A stretch of DNA of 60,110 bases, filler included, from Sphacelaria rigidula (lineage: Eukaryota): NCBI GenBank assembly GCA_964200075.2. It is 4 parts of 4 records of this genome, joined end to end, with 100 filler letters (N's around TTAATTAATTAA, not from the genome) between each part and the next. Parts side by side here need not be neighbours in the genome. Positions count along the whole stretch, not along the records: positions 1 to 14,961 come from CAXNAA020001976.1; positions 15,062 to 30,013 come from CAXNAA020001977.1; 2 more parts are not named here. The stretch is one strand, 5' to 3'. This document shows, in pieces, positions 10,801-23,700 of this stretch. Within the stretch, counting starts at the first letter, position 1; the number at the start of each line of letters is the position of its first letter. A program made the position numbers and the translations under genes. Below the pieces are notes generated by a model, which searched no databases, was not told the origin of the DNA, and saw only the letters and a list, made by a program, of their open reading frames with translations.

Positions 10801-12957
10801 TCGTCAGTCACTGGATGATGGATAGTCGCACGCACATCACCCCTTCTAGACCAGTCCTCAATTTGCTGCCAGTCGGCGGGGCTCGTCGGGGTGTTCGGAC
10901 TTGTGACTTTTGGTGAAGACAACGCCTACATGAACAGGGTTATTACCACGCAAATGTCTCGCGTCATGATTAGTTACCATCATCGCACGCTGCTCTCTTC
11001 GTACAAATATGCTCTTACAGCAGCACATGTACCGCCGCGCCCGGGTGGTCTAAATTAAATCTTCATGGTACAACTGAAACCGGATGGGGCTGACGATTGA
11101 GGATTCAGAAAACCCACACAGATGAAGTTGGGTTCTTTCTTCTGATAAAGCAATCTTGCTGCCGGCGTTAAAAACACAAGGACGTCAGTAGCGAAGAGTG
11201 AAATTCATGAGAGTCGACGCGGTAGGGGGAGTGCTAACCCAATCTGTGGGGGGGTGCTCACGACACTTTCTACAATACCCCCCCCCCCATGAAAAATCAG
11301 CCCACAACTGTCACGAAGAAAATGGTCATACAGCGCCTGATGTTTGGTTTCAAGCTGCATGAAGCGTCTCATGTGGGCGACATCGGCGAAAACGAACCCA
11401 GGCGTGGGAATTCCCAGCTGCTCGTTGTGCTCGGCCTTTTTCACTTCGATTCACATGTAGCTTTTGCCTCCCCAAACCAGCCACGTTTTTTGGTGGGGCT
11501 ACGTAGAAAGTGTCTACAATTCAACACAATCTGCGATTTTCGAAATATCTGACCGCGGCTGATGCGCCCACATACACCGAAAGGTGTAGACCGGCGTCCG
11601 GAATAGATGGGACGACAACACACACACATACATGTGTGTACCGGGGGAGAGGTGTGTCGGCAGCCCTTTGAGACTACGGACTCGTCCCGAGGAAGGGGAG
11701 GAGGGGTTGGAGCATGACATACTTAGGCCGTGTGCCAAAAAAAAAAAAAAAGCTTCAAGCTTCCAAAGGCAGCATGTTGATTCGTTTCCGGGCGACTCTA
11801 CTGTTGCGGCGGCGACTCATTAGCATGTTGCTTTTGGACGCCTGTTTTCTTCTACGCTTCTTTTTTTATTGTGTCTCGGTAAGATGCGGCCTGATGTGAA
11901 GTATGGAGATTTCAAAACAAGTACCTGCTGCCGCAGAGCTGTACGGCATGAGGTATTTGGTGGGGGGTATAGGTACACACTGGCGATTCGGCGCCAATTT
12001 TCAATTTTGCCCGAAGCCGGAACTTCGGCGGATTGTGTCACCTCGCCAAAGCTTGCTACATTTTCCGAAAGGACTCCAGTCCTCTGCTCCCATCATTTTT
12101 ATGCCCAGCTTGATGTTTTGGTCAGAGCGTCAACTTTTTCATATTTGTGAGAACCCGAAGGATTTGAATCTCGGGGGTCGTGGGGCATTATTACGGCCCA
12201 AGTCAACCAACCTCAAGCGTACGGAAGACCGGAAAAGCGCGCCTGAATCCTCTCGGAGAATGGGTAACGTCTTCCCGGAGTCGCACAATCCGCCAATGCA
12301 CCATTTTCGGGGAGAAAATGAAGATTGAGGCCGAAACCCAAGAATGGAGGTTTTATAGAGACAGACGCACTTCATGCCTACGTAGAAAAAGGGGGGACGA
12401 GGCGGGCTTTTACTTTTTACTTCGTTGCGGAGGAAGGGGCAACTTGCACAAAATTCAAATTTTCTGCTGATGGGAGAGTGTTGGCATGAAATTCTTCTCG
12501 ATTCAAGGGCACAGCAGCAGCACTTTGCACAAAATCGCCCTCAAAACCTCGGCGAACTGTTCAATTTACTCGCCTTCTCAGTGCTTTTCCCCTCTTCTTC
12601 ATTCTCCAGCACCCACATGACCTCTAGCCTGTCTCCCACTGTCAAACCCACTGCCCTCAACGCCTCCGCCTCTACCCTCGCCGAGTCTGTAGTAGTTATT
12701 TGTGCCTTCTCAGCTCCGGGACTACCATCTGCAGGGTTATTCGGTCTGGACATTTTGGCCGGAGGTGGAGAACACGAGGCCATGGAAGATTCCTTTGCTG
12801 ATACTGTAGTACCATCAGCAGCAGCTTTGTTGCTGTTGCTATCAAGCCCGCCGGAGCTGTCATGTGTTGAGTTTGCCTCCGGTGCCGCGCGCTTTATGCC
12901 CTTGTTAATTTCGGCGGTACCTTCGCCTGCCATCATGTTTTCATCGTTTGAGGACAT
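7881..12957 (-). CDS. Complete 4-exon hypothetical protein gene (~303 aa; acidic, with a Tudor/SH3-like barrel candidate GDRLEVMW...WWGCSV...FTLHYD)
   Basis: Exons 12957-12574, 9606-9358, 8710-8612 and 8060-7881 (stop). All junctions are phase 0 with CAG acceptors. Donors are GC (intron 1) and GT. Frame is continuous from ATG to TGA. Confidence 0.8.
11552..11707. mobile_element. SINE 3' fragment (+) joined tail-to-tail via a (CA)n/ATAC microsatellite to a ~70-bp dispersed repeat
   Basis: 11552-11620 matches the SINE 3' end. 11633-11707 GTGTGTACCGGGGG...GAGACTACGGACTCGTCCCGAGGAAGGGGAG recurs at 1118-1185, 30114-30150 and 32194-32262. Confidence 0.7.
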
Positions 12958-13932
12958 CGGGATGTTTAGCTATATATCTCCTTTATTTTCCCGGGCTCTT
13001 TGCTTTATATTTCAGGATGCGTGCAAGGTAATAGAGCGTGTACCAAGCAGTACTGTTGCTACTACCGCAGCCGGTGCCGGTGTCGCGCGTCAACAGGGCG
13101 GTGACATGGTTGTCTTTTTGTTCATCACTTTTGGCTTCGATCGAGGTGAGTTGCCGTTAGTCTTACGTACAGCCATTCTACCGTCTACTTCCGTATTATG
13201 GCGATGATAGAGCACAAAGTGAAAATACATGTGCTTTATCTAAAACAAAATAGAAGGGAAAATATGTACATTGAGCATAACCAGTTGTGCGTGGTTTTTG
13301 CGCACATATTCACGGTGTATAACGTGAGAAACGTGCACAGTAGTCGCAATACGAGGATGAGAATGGAGGCGTTTTCTCTGAACGGACTATTATTTGCAGG
13401 ATTTATCCCCAGATATATGTCGCGGTCCCAGCAGCAGGTGCTTTGAGTGATCATTTCTATAATAGACTGGACACTTAGGCAAGAACCAAGATGCAAGTTG
13501 ACCCTGATGGCTCCATGGTACCCGCGAATGCAAAAGCGATACGAGTATTTTTTTTACCTCAAGGGATCTCTAACTATTCAGACCCGCGATCGACCGTTAG
13601 AAGGTCCTCGGTAGAAGGTCCTCGGGAAACAACGCGTTGAAAACATGAATCCTCCGATGGTAGGTATGTTAGCCCAGTGTTAGGCTGCACGTATGGTACA
13701 GTCCCACGCTTGGAAGGAATATGCTATGAAAAAAGGAACCTGGATGGGAGGAGAAAGTAGAGTTTCATGTTTTGTTTAGAAGTTACGTCATGACTACAAT
13801 ACTACAATGATTTTGAGCTAAGGTTTTCAGGGTCAAGGGTCAAGGTGTGCAATTTTTTTTTATCTGCCATCAAGCCTTGAGCATTGCCGCCCCCCCACTC
13901 GCTTCGTATTGGACCCAGCTAGGTAGGGACTG

Positions 13933-14745
13933 ATGAGGGCTGCTAGGTGTAGCGTGGTGGTGCTCCTGTTTTCCCTCTCAACAGTGCCGTTGCCAGGGTT
14001 ATACTCCCCTTCTGTTGTTGTAGCTCTTGCAGACGAGCAAGCACCAGATGAGCCGCACGTGGCAGCAGTTGCAGCTAAAGAGAGTGATCATGAGGCTGTG
14101 GACCTGGAGCAAGTCGGTGAGGGGAAAGAGGAGGAGGAGGTCGAGCCTCCAGATGCTGACAGAAGTGACACGGGTAATCCTCTCTTGTTATATGCTTGTG
14201 GATCAATTCGGTGGAGTGTACCTGCTGAAAAAAATCGTCTCACACACCAAAACCCGACCCCCCATACGGGACAGGGTCGGGCGCAAGAGTACTGTCTCAC
14301 CGTCTGCAGTGAAACGAGCCAAGATACTACGTATAGGATTCAAATCACAGCGAGTGTCGTGCCGGAGGGATCATGGCGGTTGCACGTGCGTGAAGTTTAT
14401 TGTAGACTGTTCACTGTTCACCCCCCCCCCGTGCTCCTACCCCCGTCGCCCCCGGTCACACGCGCGTCTCGCTGGATGTGGGTAAGGGCGAAAATGTTTG
14501 TTCGTTACCTCACGGGTGCCCTCTCCAGCATTTGCACGGGGGTGTTTATATCTGTTTGGATATTCCTCCTCGCTCTGTAGATGGCATGTTACTTCAGGGA
14601 AGACACCAGAAGTATGACGTTGAAACGTTGCAAGTATACTTGTATTTGACCAACAGACAGGGGTTGTATCCTGTTGCGCTCTATGAACTGACTGATGGTG
14701 TACCAGGTGTCCAAGAGCATGCGAAATATCTGCAAGCAACTGTTG
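13933..14745 (+). CDS. 5' part of a gene for a predicted secreted/membrane protein (signal peptide, acidic N-terminus); truncated by scaffold end
   Basis: Exon 1 13933-14173 MRAARCSVVVLLFSLSTVPL...DRSDT ends G|gtaatc (phase 1). Exon 2 starts after ctgtag at 14581 and completes GAT, giving DGMLLQGRHQKYDVETLQVYLYL... It is divergent from the 12957 gene, with ~975 bp between the start codons. End of exon 2 is approximate. Confidence 0.65.
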
Positions 14746-14892
14746 GCATGTACGTCTAGTTGGGACACGCTACCCAGGGAGTCGGCAGCTGTGGTTGCTC
14801 ACCGACAACTGCGTCATGTGGGGTGGTGTTTTTTTTGTGAAGCTCGTGTTGTTGTTGTTGTTGTTGTTGTTGTTATTGTTGTCTTCCAACCG

Positions 14893-14961
14893 GTCGCCCC
14901 GGTGGCCCAGTTGGTAACCTCGTAACATTCTGATGGTTGAGTTGTGGGGTTCGATTCCCTG
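14893..14961 (+). mobile_element. tRNA-derived SINE head (cut by scaffold end)
   Basis: GTCGCCCCGGTGGCCCAGTTGGTAACCTCGTAAC...GGTTCGATTCC carries Pol III A- and B-box-like motifs. The same head occurs at 15062-15101 (minus) and ~55037. Confidence 0.7.
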
Positions 14962-15061
14962 NNNNNNNNNNNNNNNNNNNNNNNNNNNNNNNNNNNNNNN
15001 NNNNNTTAATTAATTAANNNNNNNNNNNNNNNNNNNNNNNNNNNNNNNNNNNNNNNNNNNN
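14962..15061. other. Artificial scaffold linker (N44-TTAATTAATTAA-N44)
   Basis: Six-frame-stop 12-mer inside Ns; identical to the linkers at 30014 and 45065. Confidence 0.98.
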
Positions 15062-15101
15062 CAGAAGGTTACGAGGTTACCAACTGAGCCACCGGGGCGA
15101 C
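15062..15101 (-). mobile_element. tRNA-derived SINE head (cut by scaffold start)
   Basis: Reverse complement GTCGCCCCGGTGGCTCAGTTGGTAACCTCGTAACCTTCTG, near-identical to 14893. Confidence 0.7.
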
Positions 15102-15311
15102 GGATATTTGGTTCTTTGTCCCATCATTCAACAAAGCAGGGGATTTCCCGTCTCAAACAAAGCCTTTCGGACGCCACACATGTGTATACCTTCAAAGGAC
15201 TCGCGCGTGGCCGCTGAGGTGAGCTGATTTTCCTCGCGTGCACCTGCTCGCGTGGGAAAGAAAGAGGGGAGCAAGAAGAGAGAAGCAAGGGAAAAGGCGC
15301 GCGCGCGTTGG

Positions 15312-15384
15312 GAGGGGGTGTACTCATGATCATGCATGCCGTAGTCATAAGACCATTGACCTCGCATCCCTACAATGCCGGGAC
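15312..15384 (-). mobile_element. LINE 3'-end stub, family B (GCEVNGLMTTACMIMSTPP)
   Basis: The ~42-bp core GTGTACTCATGATCATGCATGCC(G/A)TAGTCATAAGACCATT is near-identical at 15318, 24559 and 43373. Similar to family A stubs. Confidence 0.55.
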
Positions 15385-17348
15385 NNNNNNNNNNTGTATT
15401 CGGCGAGCCGCATGAAGGGTGAGCTGCATCCTGCTGAGATGTTTCGGCCCGAAGCCTGCTGATTATCTTGCATGTGGATGACATCCCACAATGAGTTGTT
15501 TTTTTGTCTGGTATCGCCATTTCCAGAGACAGACACGTCCTACACACTGCCTCATGGGTGTCTCATGATTCCGCATGCCGTTGTCATGAGATAATTGACC
15601 TCTCGATTGACGAAGAGTGGCGGGGTAAGGGTGCGATTGCTGGCCTTGTTGCGGAAGTCAACGCTGAACACAAACCCTTAACGGAGAAACGTGATCCGCA
15701 AAACAGAGTCGTTCCTGGATAGGCTTGTATCCGGCGCAAGTCAAGGTATTCTGGGGTGTGTCTTGTTTTTTTCGGGTAAAGCAGTGCCTGCTTTGAAAAC
15801 CGAGCGACTCGCGACAGAGGGCCACCAGACAGAGTTTTCGTCACCAATGACAAACGTTGAAAAAAAAAAAAATGCTCTCAACAAGGCCAACCAATTTATA
15901 CCGGGAAAATGATTTAGCGGGGCGTGTTTCTCCTCGGCTACGCACGAAGATAGTCTTCCGGGCGGGACTTCCGTTTGAAAAAATAAAACCAAACACCGAA
16001 AGAGCGAGCGTTATTCGACGACAAATCGGGTGGACGTATAATACATGTTTGTGTATCATCGACATGTCGTGAAAACACTCAAAACATTTCAAATGAGTTA
16101 TATGGTTGAAAAGATGACACAGCACGATTTCACTGCCATCTATATCAACACTAAACTTTAAACAAACGATGACCACACTCAGGAATGAGCACAAGGACGA
16201 ACATCAGCGGAAGCGTTCCCCGCTCATCTCTGCCTGAGCGAGGACAGCCAACGACACAATATGCCCTGGGAGGATACACAACAACACTGGCGCAATCGCT
16301 CCCTGCTCATCCGTGTCTGGGCAACGATGCCCATGTACGTATCTCCGCAGAATGCATGTACACCATCCGGTCGACTGTGAGACGCCTCCGCCGGACCTGC
16401 ATAGCCCCCAAGGACACGCAAAGCTTGCGATTCATGGAGGAGTATAACACGCCTCATAGCACGGCGTTTTCAAAAACCTCGATATTGCTCGACACGTAAA
16501 CGACCCTACGCACTCGGTAGACCGCCCGTGCGCGGAAGTAAACTCCCCCCAAAATCTTTTGACAAACGATTTTTGGAGCTTCAGCCACCGTACTTCCAAG
16601 GCTCAAGAGTTCGGGGTTTTCAAACTTGTCAGGAAGGCGGGAGGCGGGAGGGAGGGGACGGCAGGCCGGAGGTGAGACAACTCCGTCACCTTCGACACGC
16701 ACTATGATGTATCAACACATCGACGCTACACTTCAGGGTTCTAGCGCACACTGCACACACTGCACACACGTACATGTATGTGTATGTGGTGACTCTTTTG
16801 TTGCCTATAAAAGATAATTCCCTCGTCAGAATTCGAAGTTGGAGGGGGGGGGGCAAACACGCGAGTAAATGGATCCCACGGCTGCGCTGTTTGTTTTCGT
16901 TTTCTCAGCCTCGTCTCACCCTTTCAAGCCTTGCTTTTTCCTTTGCCACGACCCTGTCCACCTGTTTGAGGAAGCGAATCAACGAACAACACACACACAA
17001 CACACCGATAGAAAAAAAAGACAACAAACAGGAAGAAAAGAGAGGGGGAAACGGTCGCGATCATGACCAGGAATAGCATATTTTTCTGTCTTTTTCTTCC
17101 TTTCGGAGGGGGGGGGGGAGGTAAACGGTGAAATTGCTTCAATGCCTCGCGCTACAAAACGCCACGCCTACTACTTGATTTTTGCTTCAGCATACCACCG
17201 CTCAACCATGATGAGTGAAGAGGCGTGTTCTCGCTTAGGGTTGCTCCCGTTTCGCGCTCCCTCTTTTTTTCTTCACTTTTGGCATGGCGTTTGAAGCACC
17301 GTCAAATGTTAAAACACACACACACACCCACACACACACATACACGAC

Positions 17349-20300
17349 CATCTTGGGCGCCCGCCGGCTCCCATCCTTAACCCCCGTCTCAACGCTGTTT
17401 CGGTTTTGAGTCGCGCATCCCATTCATACTTTCGACGCAGATCACTGCAACAAGACTTGAAACTACACTCTGCGGGCTGTGATAAAAGCAATACTCTTTT
17501 CACGGAAGATTAGCTACTGTACCGCGGGCACTCTTGTGTCTGCGCTCCATATCTAGCGATATAAGGTTAGGTTCGAGGATGTGTCGTAGTGTGGAGCACG
17601 CACAACCTGCTAGTCCCAGGGAGGGCGAATTCCTCCTTTCGGGCCAGACAGCCAGCGAGCTGTTGGTTATGGGGATGCCTCATCGTGAATATTGTCTCGG
17701 GGAAGTGAAGACACGTAGCCACAGCAGCATCTCGTACATCAGGAACGCACTCTCCATGCACACACTTTAGGAGCATTGTCAATTGGTTCACTCCAACGAC
17801 TTATGCTTGAGAAAAAAAAAACCCGGACTATCCACCTTCCCTCCCCCGCCCCCCCCACAACCCCCCCTCCCGATAACCTCCCGCACCCAACACACACCGC
17901 TCTCGCTGAGCAGGCATACCTCGTCTTCCTCCTTCTTGTCCTCAGGGCGTTCCCTCCTCTTCACAAGCGGCAAGATCTCAACGCAGTCGTCATCGGTTTC
18001 CGTATCTTCCTCATCGTCGTCACCGTCATCACTCCCGCCGTCGCCTTCCTCCAATTGGTCATCCTTCGTTAGAGCAGCCAGTGACCCGACGTTTCCGCAA
18101 AACCCCTCATCTTCATCTTCGGCGTCGGCACCACCGCCCTTCTTTGCACCAGCACCGCCATTCACAGTAGCGGCCCGCGGCGAATCAGTATTGAAACCAG
18201 AGCTGGACTCCGCTTCCCCCTCATCATCACGATCACCGTCGACGAGGGATGACATCTTGGCGAGCCTCCGGAAGGGCGCCTTTCCCTTGTTGCTCTTGGA
18301 GGGCTCGCTTTGCTCCCCCTCCTGCTCCTGCTCCTCCCCCCCCGCCGGCGTCTTGCGCTTCTGTAGGCGGACCCCCGCTTCCTCGGCGGTGCCGCTGGCC
18401 ATGCTATGTGCTCCCGCTTCTCCTTTTCCTCCCGCGTCTGCTGCTCCCTCCTCAGCCCTATCCGGTATCTCGCTCGACAAAGACGAACGAGCCTTCTTCT
18501 CTTCCTCGGAAGGGGCTATATTTGCGCCATGCCTGCCGTCTCCGCCTTCCCTTGTAGCGCCTCCGGCTCGCCCGCGTACTCCTTCTCCTTCCCGCTGATT
18601 CGACGTGGTTCTTTCGCCGCCTTCCCTTCTCCTGCCCCCGAGTGGTCTCATTACTTCTGTTACCTCCATGTCGTCGTCGTCGTCGTCGTCGTCGTCAGAC
18701 ATGACCAGATCGATCACTTCACACCGCTGACCGCCCCCGTCCCGGTCAGCCCGGCCGTCGACACGATGTCGTGCATCGCCGGCAGCGGGAACAGCTGCGG
18801 AAACAGAATCATCAACACTCTTTGTGTCGCCCACAAGGGCGGAAACAGCAGTAGCAGCATTGGCAGTCTCACCAGCAGTAACTCCGCGCCCAGACCCAGT
18901 CGTCGATGCTTCTGCCTGCGGCTCAACTTGCATGGCTGTGGACAACACTGAGTTCGCCTCGTCATTGGCCGCTTCCGGCACGGGGTGCGTCGCCGGCTTG
19001 CCGCTCCCCTCGGCCGTCGCTCTCCCAGACGTGTCGCCGTCCTCGGGTGCTCCCGTCACGGCGGGGGTTCCCGACGACAGCTGCTCCGAGTCAGCACTTT
19101 CCGGGATGCCACCACTGCTTTTCCCACAACTGTTCGCTCTCGTGTTGCCGCCACTGGCGTCACCGTCGCCGGCCGCCTGGCCTCCGAGATCCTGCGGGTC
19201 ATCGAAGTCGTGCAGTTGCTCGTGCATCGAGTCGTAACCGCCGTCGGACGTATCGGCGGCAGCGTCACCCGAGACCATGCCGGCGGGGGCGCCCGCGGGA
19301 CACTGCTCCGTGCGCAGCTCAGTAGATCTACCCTGCGCATCAGGACCGTCGCTGCCGCCGCCGTCATGCTTCGTGTCAGCAGCCTGGCCGGCATCAGCAC
19401 TTCTTTCCACTTTCGCCTCAACTTCGGCGCCCGTCCCCTCGGACTCGCATTGAGAATCGCCACCGCCTGCACTCTCATCATCCGAACTCTCGCTGGAGGG
19501 CAGTCTGTCGCCGAGCCCGTATATCCAGCCCATGGGTTTGACGACCGAGACCTCCTCGACGCCGTAGCCGGCGGCCAGAGCACTCTGGAGACAGTTCTCG
19601 TTCGGGCAGACCCAGTACTCGTCTGGGCTCGAACCTCCGCCCTCTACCTTGCTCGCGATTTGCTCCCAATCCCCAGTTTTCCTCCTCCTTGCTGCTGCTG
19701 ATACGCGCGTGCCGGGGGAAGCATTGGCCTTGCGACTCCTACCCCTAGCAGCATCCACAGTGCCCTTGTTCAAGCGCACGGCGGTTGCCTCGTCTTTGAC
19801 CGTGCGTTTACCCTTGCCGCTGGTCTTCCTCGCCACTGCTGATGTCGGTGGTAGTTCTACTGCTGCAGAGCTGGCGCCCATGCCCTTCTCCGACGAACTC
19901 TGGGTATCGGACACGGAAGGCTGCGGATTCCTGCTTTCCCCGAGTTGCGTGTCACCGCGTGCGGTAACACCGGTCGACGGGCCCGAGCCTGCGGCATGAG
20001 ATTCGACGCCACCAGTCCTACCGACTGAGTGATCGGCAGAACCCCTGCCGGCGCACCCTCCTTCTGCTGAAGCCTGCATTCCCTCCAGTGGACTGGGAAG
20101 CCGTTGCTCAGAGCATAAAACACCATCATTGCAGGCACCGCCGCCGCCGCTGTTTCCACCATCGCCTCCTCCTTTCACTTCGTTGTGACCGGTTTCACGG
20201 TCGCTCGCCGGAATACCTCTTCCCGTCTCCCCGGGGTTGGGGACAACCTCGTGTTTACCCAAACTACCTCGGATAGCACCACTACCGCCACCAACTGCAG

Positions 20301-20665
20301 TGCTGCCGGACACGCTCGGACTCTCACGAGCAGCGAAGTGGCTTTTGTCTGGCCCTTCAAATCTCCGGCGCATCCTCTTCCATGCGCCGGCGTTTTTGGA
20401 ACCACAAAAGTAGCACTTCTTGGACTCCGGACCGTCTCTGCTCCTTAGGCTCCTCTTGCGAAACTGATATGGGAATGGGAACATGCACCGACCGGAATCC
20501 GCGAAAAAGCCCAGCAATGACAGGCGCATACGGGCACAGGGGACGGGGAGAGCGAGGGGGGGGGGGGGGGGGGGGGGCGGAGTTTGTTGCGTGCCTTGGG
20601 GGTTGGACCAAGCCCCCACCACCATTTTTGCGGCCCGGGACCTTGTTATCANNNNNNNNNNGGAG

Positions 20666-20721
<56 letters not shown>

Positions 20722-23700
20722 GGGAGGGGGGGGGGCGTACGTATTTGTTGCTTGCCTTAGACGTTTGACCATTGACCACACATCTATTTTCGCGACGGAG
20801 CACTTTTATTAGAGACACCTTCAATATTTGGGCGCTCATTACGCTTCTTCCATACACTGCACAGAAACCATTTACATATGCTGTCCTCTTCCTGTTTCGT
20901 CGGCTGTAGCTACCATTTATTTCCTGGTATAGCAACCGTCTCATTTCTACTGTCTCATGTATCAAACGTGTTTACGCCACCTTCGTTTACTTCCCACATA
21001 CACGCTGCGAAGATTCTCATGGGGTACAGTACGCGGGAAAGAAGTGAAATACTTTGACGATGCAGAAGCAAAACATGAATTCCCCGGGGTAAAAACAGCC
21101 CGGTACCCCCATACGCATACGCGGCGCCTCTTCTTCCGTGCGCAAGTTCACGGAGTGTGAAGTCGGCGGGACGAGGAAGGGTGAGTACGCTGGCTGGCTT
21201 GAAGAGGGGCCGGCCGGCCGGCCGGATCGATCCACCTGTGCATCTTCCGACTCGCCCCACATCATATTTCATCAGCCGACCACGAACAAAAACCACGGTT
21301 TCCTTACGCACGCATTTAATGGGGGTACCTGCGTCGTACCATGTTTTGGGGGGGCGCGATCTACTATCGCATACCGGGTACACAACCTACCACGGCTACT
21401 CGAAACAACGCTCACACGCGCGCAGGTCAACATCACGGAGGGGGAAACATCATTCCTCTTCGACAAAAAATAAGATAGTACAGTACAGTACAGTACAGTA
21501 CAGCACAGCGCAGCACCATTCCATTTTCGAGTCCATACGTCACTGGTACAGTGAGTGAGTGCACTACGTTCGGGTTCTCCGTTTTGTTGCCTTCAATACA
21601 AAATTCGACGACGAGGGAAAGGGACTGCTGAACCCCTCTCGCGATAAAAAAATGAAGGCAAGCACCGCATGAGGAAGGTGGGGTATTAAAAACAAATAAA
21701 AGAAAAAAGAAAAGGCTCCTGTGTTGACCTTCCCCCTGTGTGTCCCCGGCTGATGCGCCCACATATACCGAATGGTGTAGACTGGCGCCCAGAATAAAAG
21801 GGACGACAACAACCACAACACAATACCATCCCTCTCTCTCTTCTCAAATTCCTGTACCGATCGTTTCCGTTCATTTAGAATAATAAACTCTACAGTATTT
21901 CACCCCTATCTCGCGACAACCATGGTTGGATTCGTTGCGGATCAGTTCACCTACGACAATCCATCAACCAATGGATTGATGGATCAGTGCGTCCATAAGT
22001 CCGCGAGTACTCTGACTTGGAAACAGTATGCGTCAACATCACGTATAGTTCTGGTTAAAACAGAAGCTGAGCACTGACACATGGCTGTTTATCTGTCTGT
22101 CTCCCAATGCAGAAGCGCCCGAGGGGGGCAGGGACTAAATATGCAAGGTTGTATCCTGTAGGGTGCGGGTGTGTCCGGTTTTGATGCACAACTTTTGAAA
22201 CTGTCGGGTTTAGTATAAAGGTTGTACAAAAATTCTTGCCCGCAACCGGGTATTTTTACCAGTGTACCCGTACCCCGGGCCAGGGTCAACATTTCGTACA
22301 CAATTCACAGAACTGTCGGACACGAGTAATACCCGGGTAAGCGCCCCAGGTATCCGAAAAGTCGCACGCTGCACAACACAATCTTGGGAATTGGACACAC
22401 ATCAAATGCGGATACCAGAACGATAAGATCTCGACGAAATACCCCATCACAGTTACACCAGCGAACAAATGCTGACACAGCGTCGAAAACCGAAGCAAAC
22501 ATGGCTCATCGCCGAGCAAACGGCTGACTAAACACGCACGCACACATGTAAACACGAAACACACGAAATATCCTCCTTCATCTCCGCTCCTCTCTACTTA
22601 TTAATAAATAGCTACAAAAGATAATATTATGACTTTTTTGTTCTTTTTGTTCAACTAGGACAGGCCTACCTGTACCGTACGTACGAACCTTTTCAATTTC
22701 TTTCAGCTTGTGCTCGTCCTCGAAGAAACGCAACACTGCAGTATCCATGTCGTGTTTGCTTCGGTTCAGGAGGCCCACCAGGCGACGACGACTAAATTGC
22801 CTTTCGAACACCGAACGGTCGACGCCCATATCTTTCAGGCGCGCGACGAACTGCTCCACCCGCGTGACGCGAGAGCTGCCAAGTCCTCTTCCATCGCTGC
22901 CGCTGGACTTGTCGCCGACGATCTGTGACAACAGAGGAGAAGACGAGAGAGAGAAACAGGCTGTACAGCACGCGGATAATCGAAACTGTTCGTGTGTATG
23001 CCGGAGGCATCCAGGTTTCTCGTTTTTACATGTGTTGTATTGAACTCCATGACCGTACCCGTAGGTTGTTCTCGTGCGTGGGCTGCTTTTTTCACGAGGT
23101 ATGTGTGTGGATGGGCGTGGGTAGGGGAGGGTCGATGGGTTCGTCTTCGAAACGAAGGACATTATCTGAAGAAAGGACTGCACTGGCAGATCTCGCCACC
23201 AGGGTCAACAGACAAGAGCAGGAAGGAACAAATGGAGGAACGATGGAGGGAATGGAAAACTAAGAGCAGTCAACTAAACAAGGAATAGTATGTGAGAAAC
23301 GAAACGGAACGGAACGACAAAAGCCCACAACACCACGGTCAGACCAGAAACAAAACCACACCCAGGAGAACAGATTTCACTGTCAAGAGATGTACTACGT
23401 GCAGTATGGACTTTTGCGTCTATTACGTTAGACAACAGATATCACACTGTACGCAGTGCACTTTTTTCTTCTTTTTTTGACGAAGTGATCTATAGTCCAG
23501 GGTGTGGGACAAATAAACGAACAGGCACGAAATAACATGGGCTGACACGAACAAAACGATTCATCTGTTCTCCTTGCACATCCATTCCGCAGGCAGAAAA
23601 AAAAAAAAAGTGGGCGCGCGGGTGGGGGGGGNNNNNNNNNNCGGCAAAATAGGACACGGAGAAAAAAAGGGGGGCGGGGGGGGGGGGGGGGGGGGGGGGG

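Noticed and set aside
11633..11707. HDV-like ribozyme in the 70-bp repeat (TCCTCG loop on the minus strand)
   Set aside because: I could not find matching P1/P2 strands or a valid P3/J4-2 arrangement.
14893..15101. Inverted pair of SINE heads across the gap, resembling one TIR element
   Set aside because: They are on different scaffolds joined by an artificial linker.
17783..19999. Long plus-strand ORFs antisense to the large exon (also 34347-36078, 38997-41369 and 46984-47768)
   Set aside because: Shadow ORFs of GC-rich coding exons on the minus strand.
20464..20781. N-terminal poly-Pro part of the 997-aa ORF and apparent tandem duplication around the 10-N gap
   Set aside because: Intronic. 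20555-20651 looks like a garbled re-read of 20700-20810 after a poly-G run (likely assembly artefact). A similar artefact is likely at 23590-23700.
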